DNA of 64,000 nt, taken from NCBI GenBank assembly GCA_951406725.2, contig OX597831.1, forward strand, positions 3,906,001 through 3,970,000, read 5' to 3'. This DNA comes from Octopus vulgaris (Eukaryota). Below, piece after piece: positions 41,325 to 54,831 of this stretch (the stretch's first letter is position 1; each line of letters opens with the position of its first letter). A model generated the notes under the pieces. It searched no databases, was not told where the DNA came from, and saw only the letters and a list, made by a program, of their open reading frames with translations. The position numbers and the translations under genes were made by a program.

Positions 41325-41588
41325 TTGAAATTATTGGAATTTCGTATTTTAGTCCATGTTGTTTGTAGAGAAGTTTATGAATGAATAATTCAACAAGTAG
41401 AAAAATCTAAAGGAAGGTAATTAGTTATCGTTATTATAGGGGGCAGAGGAGGTAATTGTTCATCTTTCGGGGAGGGGATAAATAAATACGCACAAAAATT
41501 AACACTCGTTTCCCACCGTTGCGGGGAATTTATTTCTTCCGACTCACAGCTGTCTTTCCATAGTTTTATAACACTTTCCAAAAGTTGT

Positions 41589-42638
41589 TGATCCTCATGT
41601 TTAGTGAGTTCGGTGTTAATTTTGTCATTGATCGTTTTATATTTTTGATCGTCATTCGATGCTCTAAGTTTAAGTAACTCAATCACTATTTTCATTTTCT
41701 CTATTGCTAATTTCTCCCTAAGCTGTCTTTGTTGTTCGGACTCTTCTGAGAGTGGTTTGATTTGTAGTTTGCGTGACAGAATCAATAGTGTTGAGTTCAT
41801 CCATTCTTCATATATTTCTGCCTTATTATTTTTTATCCTGTTTCAAAAGAAAAATTTTCTAGCGTTGAGGTCTTTGGACCAAATATGGCTAACGCGGCTT
41901 TTAATTAAACGTACTGACATTGGTACATTTTCATTATGCTTTTGGTATTTTGGTGATGAATCTTTTTGAAAATTGTTTGTGAAAATTGAGTGCAATTTTG
42001 TGCATAGTTCGTTCAAATTTTAACAAACCTTCTCAGTAGATTGTCTTGTCTGTTCATTTTCATTTTCTTCTCGGGTGCGGTAATTCAAGCCATCGATTTT
42101 CTTAGAATAACTAAAAAATTTAGTTATTCTAACAAAATCGATGGATTAAATTACCGCATGCGAGAAGAAACCGAAAATGAACAGGGAAGACAATCTACAG
42201 AGAAGGTTTGTTAAAATATGAACGAACTATGCATGACATTGCACTCAATTTTTACAATTTTGAAAAAGAATCCTCACCGAAATATCTAAACCATATTAAA
42301 AAAAGTACCAATGTTAACACATTTAATTAAAAGCTGTGTTAGCCATATTTGGTCCAAAAGCCTCAACGCTAGAAAGTGTTTCTTTTGAAACATGATAAAA
42401 AATAATAAGGCCGAAATATATGAAGAATGGATTAACTCATCACCATTAATTCTTCAACGCAAACTACAAATATAGCCAATCTTAGAAGAGCCCGAACAAC
42501 AAAGACAGCTTAGGGAGAAATTAGCACTAGAGAAAATGAAAATAGTGATTGAGTTATTTAAGAGCATCGATTGACGATCAAAAATATAAAACGATCGATG
42601 AAAAAATGCACATCGATTTCACTAAACATGTTGATGAA
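41589..42638. repeat. Imperfect palindrome of about 1 kb built from a decayed ORF, probably Penelope-like
   Basis: Centre TTAGAATAACTAAA-AAA-TTTAGTTATTCTAA near 42116; arms of about 525 bp both encode the ...QQRQLREKLA.EKMKIVIE... remnant. Confidence 0.85.
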
Positions 42639-43635
42639 CTGGGTGTGCGCATAGACATATGCGCAAGCAAATAATTCCCCACAATTCCTTGTCTTCCTAT
42701 CTTACCTTTGTTCACTCAATACCACAGATCTTTTCGAATAAAGAAAGAGAATATGTTAATAGAAAAATAAATGCAAAGCTTGAATGAATAAACTTTAACA
42801 AAGTACATTCAACAACTACTCACACACTAACACATTCTGCCATTTGACATGTTGAATTTACGCAGACAACAAGCTGACATTTCTCGCATGACACTAACGC
42901 ACGAATTTTGAGGAGAACAAAATTTTATGCCTACGTGCATACATACAAATCATAACTATTTAACCACTGTATGTACTAAATTTACAAAGCCTTATTTTTT
43001 TTGTATCCTCAATGGTTACATGCAGTGAAACATGACGACTTTAACTTTTGGATTACTTTGTTTTTTGCTAGACTTATGTACAACAAATGAGTATCCAAAT
43101 TTCCAAGTCTTCCCACTTTACCTTTATTCAAACAATACCACAATTTAAACACGAATAAATAAAATATGTAAGCACAGAAGTACAAACCACGACTGCAGTA
43201 ACATCAAACACTAACGCTCGAGCAATAAAGGAGATCAAACAAAATTTAATAACTGCATACAAACAATTCCAGTACACTCAACTTCTTCATTGATTTTATT
43301 TAGAGAAAGTCGATCGTTTGGGGCTGTAACTGGACACGTTCTATTTATAAAAAAAAAAACACGTCTGAAACAGCTGTAGTGAGTGAATCTCAATCCATCT
43401 GTTGTTATTTATTTATTATTCACCTGGAGTCTATTGAGTGCAGTACAATTGGTGTAGTGTTTGTATCCAAGTTCAGCCTTCAGTCGGCCGTTTGTGATTG
43501 TACATGTAACCGGAATATAAATCCGTATTTGCTTTAGTAAGTACGTATTTGTCTTCAAAAATTTTTTGTACACGATAGCGATTTCAACGGCTCGACCTTG
43601 ATGCTTTACAACTTAAGGACCTGATTCGCTTGACT

Positions 43636-43875
43636 CTAAGAACATACATTGGTGAGACACCTAGAAGCATTGCCGAGAGACTAAATGCACGTTTGAGACA
43701 ATATGACGTCAGAAAACTATCCTCTAAACTCTACCAACACGCCAAAGACCAACATGGAGGCACACTAAGGAAGACTTGACATCCGCATTTTATTCAACCA
43801 CCCGAAGAACCCAAAATTCAGACAAATACAGGAGAATGTCCTCATAAATGAAACATCAACAGTACTAAATAGGAG
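43636..43875 (+). pseudogene. GIY-YIG endonuclease remnant of a Penelope-like element
   Basis: TYIGETPRSIAERL...SKLYQH...(frameshift)...RQIQENVLI...LNR. Confidence 0.75.
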
Positions 43876-44082
43876 TTATACGCAGAAGATAGTGCTACAC
43901 CAATAACAACACCGTTTATACATACACAGGTAGATTTGTTAGTAGGGTGTTATGTAGACGTATACACACACTCATTCATAAACACACACACAAGTATGCT
44001 GAATGTATAACATATATGTATACATATATGTAAGTATACTCACACACGCATACGTTTATATATATACACTCTTATACTCTTA

Positions 44083-44466
44083 CTAGCAGTATCGCCCGGC
44101 GTTGCTCAGGTTTGTAAGGGAAATAACTATAAAGCATTTTTAGAGAGTTATAGCCAAAAGATAGCAAAAAAATGGAAAAAAAATGATGGTAAATTTTTTT
44201 TGAGAGTTAAAAAAGGTCGAGTTGCGTCCCCTAGACAGTCTGTGGTTTGTGTTTCTGATTCTCGACCCCATGTCGAATTTATCGATTTTTTCAGAACTGG
44301 GGGAACTTTTCAAAATTTTCGCTGCGTTAGTTTAGAATTATGACATTGGGCTATGTGTGTGTCAAGTTTCATCAGAATCGGTTGAAAGCCGTGGTCAGAG
44401 TGAGGGTACAATCAAACAGACACACAGAAACACACACAGACAAACTGCCGTTTATATAGAGAGAGA
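44083..44466 (-). mobile_element. Non-autonomous Helitron
   Basis: Minus strand 5' TC, 3' hairpin CCTGAGCAACGCCGGG and terminal CTAG; A|T insertion without TSD into a SINE A tail. Confidence 0.85.
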
Positions 44467-44467
44467 T

Positions 44468-44845
44468 ACTTGTTTCTGTCATTTGACTACTTCCATGCTG
44501 GAGCACCACCTTTAGTCATGCAAATCGACCCCAGGACTTATTCTTTGTAAGCCTAGTCTATATTCTATCGGTCTTTCTCACCGAACCGCTAAGTTACGGG
44601 GACGTAAACACACCAGCATCGGTTGTCAAGCGATGTTGGGGGGGGACAAACACAATCACACAAACACACACACATATATATACATATATATATATACAAC
44701 GGGCTTCTTTCAGTTTCCGTCTACCAAATCCACTCACAAGGCTTTGGTCGGCCCGAGGCTATAGTAGGCGACACTTGCCTAAGGTGCGACGCAGTGGGAC
44801 TGAACCTGGAACCATGTGGTTGGTAAGCAAGCTACTTACCACACA

Positions 44846-44849
<4 letters not shown>
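44468..44849 (-). mobile_element. SINE family A
   Basis: Near-full-length reverse-complement copy. Confidence 0.88.
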
Positions 44850-44894
<45 letters not shown>

Positions 44895-45038
44895 ACATAC
44901 TTATACATATACATAATTTACAAGATAAGGGCTGAAGAAAAATTCTAATGCCAGATACGCCGAAACAAAAAGTTGTCGATAACCATTAAATTTATGCGTC
45001 TCGAAACAAACCGATAGAAGTCTCTAAAAAATCCGTTA

Positions 45039-45099
45039 TTACCGTATTGGTTCAATTTCGGGGTTAATTCACAAGAAATTTTCCCCTCTTCAGCGGCAA
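45039..45099 (-). ncRNA. Canonical type I hammerhead ribozyme motif
   Basis: TTGCCG-CTGAAGA-GGGG(19 nt)CCCC-GAAA-TTG(AAC)CAA-TA-CGGTAA; all three helices pair, core intact, AUA triplet. Confidence 0.8.
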
Positions 45100-45751
45100 A
45101 TATGCGAGATATAAATGAAATACTTACTCATACCCATGGAAGAAGCAAGCACCAAGTCCCGAGCAGACTTAAGTACCTCAAATATATCCAAAATAGAAAA
45201 ATCTTCGGCGCACCTCGAGACACGTGTGATTCGAACTAGAATAGATTAGTATACATATACATATATATATATATATATATGTGTGTATACATACACACAC
45301 ACACACACACACACACTCATACACACATATATTTACACGACATTGATAGACAACTCGATGCCCCTCAGTAATATACGTAAGATATGTTACTTTATTATTG
45401 AATATCTCAAAATTTAGTGAATGCGGAAGTTTATTTTTATTTATAAGTATATTAAATAATGCACTCTTACATTGAACAGACACAAGGTAGAGAGAGAGTG
45501 GTGAGGTGAGAGAGAGAGAGAGAGAGAGAGAGAGTGAGAGAAAAGAGAGAGAGAGACAAAGAGAGACAGACAAAAAGAGAGAAGGAGAGTGAAAGAGAGA
45601 CTACTATACTAACCGTGTATATTATAGAATTGTGTTGTCTTTAATTCAATTATTTTATAAACAGTAACGATACCTGTACCTGAAAAGCACTGCACCTGAC
45701 AACATCTTTAATCTTCGCAATATATGTGTATATATATATGTATATATATAC

Positions 45752-45824
<73 letters not shown>

Positions 45825-46392
45825 TAAATATATATAGATACATAAATATATATATACATGTATATATATATGTGTGTGTATGTATATGTATGTATATGTA
45901 TATGTTGTTAACATTGTTAATATAGACATAACCTATGGTGGTCAATATTTTGTTTGTCATACTAGAATTCTTAAAGAATACACTAAAATATTGTATAATA
46001 TTCGCCATAACGCCTCTGCAAAAAATATCAAAGGAATATAAATGTTGTTTGTATTGTTTTTTTTTTCCTCTCTCTTTTTTTTTTTTTCATGTTAAGAATG
46101 TCAGATTTGATTTTTATACAATTCCAAAGTCTGCAGAAGTAATTTACTCTGCCTGTTCTTATCTATGGTATAAACATAATGTTCTAAAATGAGATTTATT
46201 GTTAACGTTCCTTGGTAGCATGATGTAAAGTACTCGGAGAGTTGGTAGCAGTCTTTGTCAGTAGAAATGTATGAATGTTTGTGTGTGTGTGTGTCTGAAT
46301 ATTATTTACACAGACACACATACATACACGTACACACACACAGATACACACACATGCACACACACACAAATATATATATATATATGTACAAA

Positions 46393-46623
46393 GGCGGCGA
46401 GCTGGCAGAAACGTTAGCACACCGGGCGAAATGCGTAGCCGTATTTCGTCTGCCGTTACGTTCTGAGTTCAAATTCCGTCTAGATCGACTTTGCCTTTCA
46501 TCCTTTCGGGGTCGATAAATTAAGTACCAGTTACGCACTGGGATCGATGTAATCGACTTAATCCGTTTGTCTGTCCTTGTTTGTCCCCTCTGTGTTTAGC
46601 CCCTTGTGGGTAGTAAAGAAATA
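46393..46623 (+). mobile_element. Full-length SINE family B, tail 1
   Basis: TSD ATATATGTACAAA on both flanks. Confidence 0.9.
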
Positions 46624-46824
46624 TATATATATATGTACAAATACGACGAGCTTCCGCCATCATTCATTTGTCTAACTAAATTCTCAAGAAAGGCATCGAT
46701 CAGCCCGACGCTATAGCGAAAGACATGTGCCCAAGGTGACGCACAGTGAGACCGAACCCAATACACTTGGTTGCAAAACGAGCCTCTGCACCACACAGTC
46801 ATGCAAGTATATATATAAATATAA

Positions 46825-47056
46825 GGCGGCGAGCTGGCAGACACGTTAGCGCGCCGGGCGGAATGCTTAGCGGTATTTCGTCTGTCGTTACGTTCTGAGT
46901 TCAAATTCCGCCGAGATCGACTTTGCCTTTCATCCTTTCGGGGTCGATAAATAAAAGTACCAGTTTCGCACTGGGGTCGATGTAATCGACTTAATCCCTT
47001 TGTCTGTCCTTGTTTGTCCCCTCTATGTCTAGCCCCTTGTGGGCAATAAATAAATA
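46825..47056 (+). mobile_element. Full-length SINE family B, tail 1
   Basis: TSD TATATATAAATATAA on both flanks. Confidence 0.9.
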
Positions 47057-47327
47057 TATATATATAAATATAAAAGTATTTATATGTACACACATATACG
47101 CATACGTAACGGTCATGCATGCATAAATACGTTTTTAAGAATTATATCGTAATGCGACTCAGCGTGGATGAGCAGGAGGGAGTTCGCGTCTCAACCGCAT
47201 GATTTCTCGTTTAGTGCCATTGCGCCGCAACTTGGGCAAGTTTAGTGAGATGATGAGCTAGCACAATCATCAGTAGGCCAGACAAAATACTCAGCGGCAT
47301 TTCGTCCGTCTTTACTTTTAAAATTCT

Positions 47328-47741
47328 TATTTCTTTACTACCCACAAGGGGCTACACACAGAGGGGACAAACAAGGACAGACAAACGGATTAAGTCGATT
47401 ATATCGACCCCAGTGCGTAACTGGTACTTATTTAATCGACCCCGAAAGGATGAAAGGCAAAGTCGACCTCGGCGGAATTTGAACTCAGAACGTAGCGGCA
47501 GACGAAATACATATTTCTTTACTATGCATAAGGGGCTAAACACAGAGAGGACAAACAAGGATAGACAAACGGATTAAGTCGATCACATCGACCCAGTGCG
47601 TAACTGGTACTTATTTAATCGACCCCGAAAGGATGAAAAGCAAAGTCGACCTCGGCGGAATTTGAACTCAGAACGTAGCGTCAGACGAAATACCGCTAAG
47701 CATTTCGCCCGGCGTGCTAACGATTCCGCCAGCTCGCCGCC
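47328..47741 (-). mobile_element. SINE B dimer nested in an older plus-strand SINE B (about 47255-47855)
   Basis: 16-bp TSD TTACTTTYAAAATTCT at 47312-47327 and 47742-47757. Confidence 0.88.
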
Positions 47742-48072
47742 TTACTTTCAAAATTCTGTCGAGGTCGACTTTACCTTTCTTCCATTCGGGGTCGCAAAAA
47801 TAAGTTCCAGTTGTCTGTAACCGGAAATGCTGGCTTTGAGCCAAAATTTGAGACCAAAAATATATTGTATTTTGTAGCCAAAAGATATCGGAAAGAAATT
47901 TATAAATTTTCGATTTAAAGTCGAAAGTGTAAAGAATAATATTGTTGTAAATCTACTAAGCGCATTTTTATTTGCGGTAGACGTCTCTTACACTATTTGT
48001 ATTACATGTAACGCCACTGTGTCAGTTTTTGTTCTTTAACACTACTGTATATGACTCATCGTATTAAGTACC

Positions 48073-48301
48073 TATTTCTTTATTACCCACAAGGGGCTAA
48101 ACACAGAGGGGACAAACAAGGACAGACAAACGGATTAAGTCGATTATCGACCCCAGTGCGCAACCTGTACTTAATTTATCGACCCCGGAAGGATGAAAGG
48201 CAAAGTCGACCTCGGCGGAATTTGAACTCAGAACGTAACGGCAGACGAAATACGGCTACGCATTTCGCCCGGCGTGCTAACATTTCTGCCAGCTCGCCGA
48301 C
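48073..48301 (-). mobile_element. SINE family B
   Basis: Full copy; GTATTAAGTACCT repeated on both flanks. Confidence 0.88.
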
Positions 48302-48384
48302 TTAAAGTATTAAGTACCTCGTAATGCTGATGCTCCACCATGGCCAATGAGGTGAATCTGAGGCGTGGTTATTAGTAGTTGAAA

Positions 48385-48424
<40 letters not shown>

Positions 48425-48497
48425 GCATACGCTTACACACATGAAATAGCTAGTTGTAAAATCTCAAAAAGAGATCAGAGTAGTAACTACACTAAAA

Positions 48498-48777
48498 AGT
48501 AAAGCCAGTCGCCACATCAAAGTGGCTGCTCCATGTTACTACTAGTTTAACCCCAGGCAGATTCTCCGCAAGCTGGTTACCGGTGCGACTCTGCTCCCTT
48601 TATATACAACATATTGTTAGCAAAGAAAGTGAACCCCTACCACCCACGCCTTGCTAACAATATATTGAATATAAAGGGTGCAGAGTCACACCGATAACCA
48701 GCTGGCGGAGAATCTGCCCGGGGTTAAACTAGTAGTAACATAGAACACCCACTTTGATGTGACAACTGACTTTATTT
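48498..48777. repeat. Fold-back hairpin, arms 48498-48623 and 48651-48777
   Basis: Imperfect inverted arms of about 126 bp with a 27-nt loop. Confidence 0.85.
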
Positions 48778-48789
48778 CCTATATATATG

Positions 48790-49362
48790 TCAAGCAATGT
48801 TGGGGTGGGGGGAATAAACATACACCCATACACACACACCTGGATTCAGTCCCACTGCGTAGCACCTTGGGCAAGTGTCTTCTACTATAGCCTCGAGCCG
48901 ACCAAAGCCTTGTGAGTGGATTTGGTAGACAGAAACTGAAAGAAGCCCATCGTATGTATGTATATAGTTATGTATATGTACGTGTGTGTATATGTTTGAG
49001 TGTCTGTGTTTGTCCCTCCAACATCGCTTGACAACCGATGCTGGTGTGTTTACGTCCCCGTAACTTAGCGGTTCGGCAAAAAAGAGACCGATAGAATAAG
49101 TACTGGGCTTACAAAGAATAAGTCCCGGGGTTGATTTGCTCGACTTAAGGCGGTGCTCCGGGCATGGCCACAGTCAAATGACTGAAACAAGTAAAAGAGT
49201 AAAGAGTATATACGACGGGCTTCTTTCAGTTTCCGTCTACAAGGCTTAGGTTGACCCGATCTACAGTAGAAGACACTTGCCCAAGTTGCCACGCAGTGGG
49301 ACTGAACTCGGAACCATGTGGTTTGGGAATCATGCTCCTTACCACACAGCCACGCCTGCACC
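48790..49362. mobile_element. SINE A (plus, about 48842-49207) nested in a minus-strand SINE A
   Basis: Family A motifs on both strands; the host copy is split at its internal SSR. Confidence 0.75.
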
Positions 49363-51639
49363 TAATTATGACATCACATTTGTTTTGTAGTTTTACGACG
49401 TGTCATAATCAAAAAGCTTTCGGTTTCAGTTTTGACTCCGTAACCTCTCAGCCAATTCTGAGTATTTTCATTTTTGTCTTTTTTCGCACTTTTAATTATT
49501 TCCAGGCACGGGTCATGCAAATCCTTTAGCATGATACTCTGTAGCCAATTTTTCAGCTTGATTTTAATTTTATTTTTCACTACTTCATTTATTTATCCTC
49601 ACGACTGTCGTGTCTTTTATATTTGTTGGCTTTCTTGGAGACAGAAAACGGATTTTCTACGTTTGTTCTTGCTTTGAAGCTATCTTTATTAGTTATCTAT
49701 TGATCGTAACTAAATTCATTTTGTAGTTCTACGAACATATTCTATTATAATTTCTTAGTTGCAGTACATACTTACTACAGTTCATTCGTAGTAAATGTAA
49801 ACGCCAGCCTTGTTTAACTTGCAAAGTCTGGAGGAAGGGGATATGTCCATGGCATTCTCAGTAAAACTAGTGAGGTTGATATTATTCACGTTCTACTTGA
49901 ACGGTTGCAAGTCAACAGCTGCAAGAATGCCACGAACAGGGAGAGGAGATCTCAGAGGACCGGTACTCTAAAGAAGGGCTGATTGTTGTAATTCCTGCGG
50001 AGATGAGTGGAGGATGGGTCTGGAATCAATAGGAGTGATAAGGGGAAAACCTTTTAGTTAGCATTGTCTGAGTGGATGTGGCACGGGATCAATTTGCTCC
50101 TGGGAGCGGGGGTCATCGTAGTAGTGGGGTGGTGAATAAAAGAAGGGAAACAGCGCATTTGTAGGCCAAAGGCTAGAGCGTGTCTCCGTGGTTTTAAGTC
50201 ACTCAATCGAGTGATCTTTCTCAGGGTGTTGCCAGTGTGCGTACCACTAATACTGTGTCGGGTGTTTGAAGAATATTCTTCTGTTGGCTACTCTGAGCTT
50301 TGTATTAACGGCGACTGTTTTGCTCGGAAAAGAATGTCCAACGTTTGGGATGCGGCCTGATGTGTCTCTTCCATATGCGATCCTCAAATATTGTGAGGAC
50401 GAACATTTGAAGCGGACTGTAGACACCTGTTATCCGTGTTCAATGGAGTGAGATGCAATCATATTTTTTCGATACCAAGAGTGACTTTTATTCGTGGAAA
50501 AACTTTTTGGCATATCTCCATTGGAGAATGTCTTCAAGGTCTCTGTTGATAGAGACCACCACATAAATGCATTTGGTTTTCTTATTTTCCTTTCTTGTCT
50601 GGAAAAAATAATCTTTATCCGCTACATCTGAAAACTTCAAACGGAAAATACTTTTCTTAAAACATTACCAGCTCAGAGCAATGCAGGTATTTCGATAGTT
50701 ATTGATACTATTTCTATTTGAAATTGATTAGGATGGAATGGAAGCCGTGTGAGAATTAGTGTTCGGCTCTATTATTGATATCACATTCATACTGCTCCAC
50801 AGTGTATTCTAATCTACTTCTGAGCATTTGTCCATTTTTCGAAAAAAAAAAAAGGGAAAAAATAAAAACGAAAAAATGAAAAAATATTGCTGAATTATTT
50901 TTCGGTAATATTTCGCTCATATGTTCGTACCTCTTCACACACACTTGAAATTTATTTTTTGTTTCGAAGCAGATTCTAACAGAGATTGGAATAAACTTTA
51001 TCGTGACAGCATTTGTAATCTTTCTGGGATAATATTGTTCAGCCACTGACAAGACGAGTCACGTTCTCAACCTTCTCCCTAAAAAGATAACATTGGTCCT
51101 GAATGACAGATGCATTCCTCGAAAAAAGGCATCTTTTACAAGAAATCTTTTCGCAACCAACTTCAAAATTCATGTTTTATGCTCCTTTTTGTGTCCATGA
51201 AAAAACATGTTATTTTTTTTACTGATATCCATTCCCTTATTCTTTTTAATGTTTTCCCCATTTATGTTAGCAGCAGATAATACACATTAAAAAAATAATG
51301 CTTCACTCTTTATTAAATATAAATCCATGCCTTATCTTTCGTTTACTACACGTTACTCAATATTTATCATTTTATAACCCAATAAAAACGTATTACTTCA
51401 CTTCGCGACAGGAGACTGCCAAGCTCTGTCATAATATTCGTAAAAGAAATATAATGTTTTAGTTGAATTAATATCAGCTGTTCAATAGTACTGCTAGATG
51501 TAACCATCGAGTTTAAGTTTTAGCAATAGTCTTCGCCGCCCATTTATATTTTCAAGCGAGTAGATTTATTTTATGACTGTTTACACGTTTACTCATTATC
51601 ACTAATATCATATAACAATTTTGAATACCAAACTCCATT

Positions 51640-51990
51640 CTTATATCTCCAACAGTAAGAGGCACCTCATCTGGGATGCCACATGTTGCAACATCTTATC
51701 CAGCGGCAACTTGGTGTGTTTGGCTGCCAGTCCAGGCTTCGCAGTTAACCAAGCCGAGAAGGGCAAAATAACAAAGTATCGGCCGCTGTCTGATAGATTT
51801 GTGATCGAGCCTGTGGCAGTGGAGACCTCCGGTGTTCTTGGTCTCCGGACTACATGCATACTCAATGTTATCCGGACAAGTGCGAGCTACGCGAGTCGGA
51901 ATGGCTCTTCCAGCGCGTCTCCGTCGCTATCCTTCGGGGTGAAGCCTTTTCCATTGTGTCTGCCGGGACTATGAAACGGACTGATAAGTC
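51640..51990 (+). mobile_element. CRE-clade LINE C-terminal RLE remnant
   Basis: LIWDATC...AEKGKITKY...EPVAVETSGVLG and, after a frameshift, WLFQRVSVAILRG. Confidence 0.75.
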
Positions 51991-52407
51991 TCTACCATCT
52001 GACGGGTTATCCATTTCTTAGTTGCTTCTCTTATTCCTTTCTTTCCCTAATTTATTCAAATGACTTTAAGAATCAGTCTTCACTTTAGCTTAGAGTATCA
52101 GTTGCAGCAGCAGCAGCAGCAGTTGCTGTTTAATCGTGATTCAGATCTCATTTCCCAGGTGTGTGTAGTTAAAGCTTTTCTAACAATGATTGTCGCACCT
52201 TTCCAAAAATATAGTTTATCTCAGACTGCATTACTCAAAATGGCGGAAAATTTGTATGAGTCGTTAGATGATCGGACAGAAAGTTGTGTGGCATTTGTTC
52301 TGACCTCTCTGTGCTTTGAATTCAAATCTTGCCAAATCTAGCCTTCCATCCTTCCTGAATCTATAATTGATCTCAAGTACGGAGATCAATTCTGTCCTCT
52401 CTCTTTC

Positions 52408-52480
<73 letters not shown>

Positions 52481-52869
52481 TTCACTTTCTCACTTTCTCT
52501 CTTTCTCTCTGTCTTATTCCCCTTTTCTCTTTCTCTTTCTTTCTCATTCTTTCTCTCTCTCAGAAACAGCCGCGTTGTACCGTAAAAAGGGCCGTCAGGG
52601 GCCGGGCCATTCACAGCGTTCCTCTCTCCGGAAATATTAACCATTCCTCGAAGAATAAACAACTGGAGTACTATAGAATTCGTCCATATAAGGACCAATG
52701 TGTCTTACAGGACGGAATGGAAATAAACCAAAATAATAATGAATATATCTAATGAGTCCCTTTATCTATTTGTGTAATTTGAGAGAAATTTGGCTGCTAG
52801 TTCTATCATATCGATCTGCTACATAGATGATCTCTCTTGTCAAAAATGTTAGTTATCTTTTTCAAGTCT

Positions 52870-53220
52870 ATACTCATTTCAGGTGTCATGTTGGGTCATC
52901 GATAATTCGATTAAGGCAATAATAAAATCGTGTGAAGCAAAAGTATTTCTCTTGGAATATTTGGAACATTGCCATCTTAATTCCCACAGATCCAAGATTC
53001 TTACCATTTGCATAGAAATCGATTCTTCACCTTCATATACTGATCAGATACCAGTTCAAATAAATTGTTGGAGTTGCCAAACAGTTTGAAAGTTCCAGTG
53101 ATCCTAGAATTGAGAATCATATGTTGTCTTGAAATCTGTGTCCTGCACACCTCTAGTATTTTGTCACGGCATGGGCTCGGGTGTCGCTGCAGCTATATTG
53201 ATAAGGTTTGGAACCGAAGA
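52870..53220 (-). mobile_element. Highly decayed R4/Dong-like RT fragment
   Basis: Minus strand ...YANGKNLGSVGIK...IFQ resembles the IKRGIFQGD region. Confidence 0.4.
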
Positions 53221-53699
53221 CAGTCGATATCTTGTATATAATGAAACACGTTCGAGGGTTACGCTTTAAACAACTTTAAAACTATGGAAACTAATCAAAA
53301 TCATAATATTTACCATAATGGAACAATTTCTTGTGTTTCGCTTCAGAGATGTTTAACACAATGGAAGCAAGCAAATCAATCACGTTATTGAAATATTCAA
53401 CTCAATGAAACAAGTTCCAGTGCTCTACATAATCGAATTACGTAAGGAAGTGAATGATTTGATTTCAGTACCAGTAAAAGTAATGGGGTCCCTATAATGG
53501 ATTGTAGCGTGCTCCCAAATATGTAGTTTTGAAATTATGCTAGAAATTAAGGTGATACAAAAGTGAAATAGGAGGAAACTAGGGACGGTGGTTTTGTGTC
53601 GGTAGATACAAAATCATAAATAGCTTAGTTGTGTAAGAAATAGAAAACTAACGTGTCAGGAAGAACTCTTCGTCAGACTTGAGTGAACTTTGTGTCAGT

Positions 53700-53858
53700 C
53701 TTCTTCTTCTTCTTCTTCTTCTTCTTCTTCTTCTTCTTCTTCTTCTTCTTCTTCTTCTTCTTCTTCTTCTCCTCTTCTTCTTCTTTTTCTTCTTCTTCTT
53801 CTTCTTCTTCTTCTTCTTCTTCTTCTTCTTCTTCTTCTTCTTCTTCTCCTATTCTTCT

Positions 53859-53890
<32 letters not shown>

Positions 53891-53953
53891 TTCTTCTTCT
53901 TCTCTCATTCTTCTTCTTCTTCTTCTTCTTCTTCTTCTTCTTCTTCTTCTTCT

Positions 53954-54000
<47 letters not shown>

Positions 54001-54045
54001 TTCTTTTCTTCTTCTTCCTCTTCTTCTTCCCCTTCTTCTTCCTCT

Positions 54046-54123
<78 letters not shown>

Positions 54124-54155
54124 TACTACTATTATTACTAGTAGTAGTAGTAGTC
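53700..54155. repeat. (CTT)n microsatellite followed by (TTA)n, (CTA)n and (GTA)n
   Basis: Direct reading. Confidence 0.95.
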
Positions 54156-54831
54156 GTGTTTAGAGCAGTGAATTGCCAGTATTCCAGGGCGTACGAAAAC
54201 ATGCTTTGCGATATATATTTGTTTCGGTTCTGTATGTCGTGAGCTTAGTTCGTGTCGTGATCATCTTTCGAGATCAACAAAATCCTAGTCAAACACTGAA
54301 ATCAGTGGCAACGACTAAAATTCAACCCAAATTTTAGGTCTGGTTCCTATGCTAGAAACAATTATAAAAGGCTATAGAATCCGTAAATCATTGCATGAAA
54401 TGCTGGCCGAGTTCAAATCTCACCAAAGTCAATTTAATCTGTCATTTTTGTATCGGGGTTCAAGTATCGAACTTGATATAATTGACTAATCCCCGCTTCG
54501 TGAAACTGCTGGACTTTTACTTAAGTTAGGATTTAGGACAGCGAGCTTGAAGAACCGCGCAAGACAAAATGCTTAGCAGTATTTCGTCGGTCTTTACGTT
54601 TTGACTTTAAATGCTGCTGAGGTAGATTTTGCTTTTCATCTTTAAAGAAGTACCAGTTGAACACTGGGGTGGATGTAATCGATTTTACCTCACTCTCCCG
54701 AAATTGATCGCCTTGTGCCAAAATTTGAAAACATTTACAGAATTTGAATTCAGAATATAAAGAGCGGAAAGAAATGCTTCTTAGCATTTTGGCAACAGCA
54801 CGCCGGACAAATGCTTAATGGTATATCACTC

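Noticed and set aside
44928-44985. Plus-strand hammerhead (CTGAAGA...GAAACAAAAAGTTGTC)
   Set aside because: Helix III is plausible but helices I and II do not pair.
49780-50660. Possible decayed retroelement ORF on the minus strand
   Set aside because: It looks like coding decay but I could not identify a diagnostic motif.
53648-53680. Minus-strand CTGACGAAGAG...GACACGTT hammerhead relic
   Set aside because: GAAA is mutated and the helices are degenerate, so it is too weak to call.
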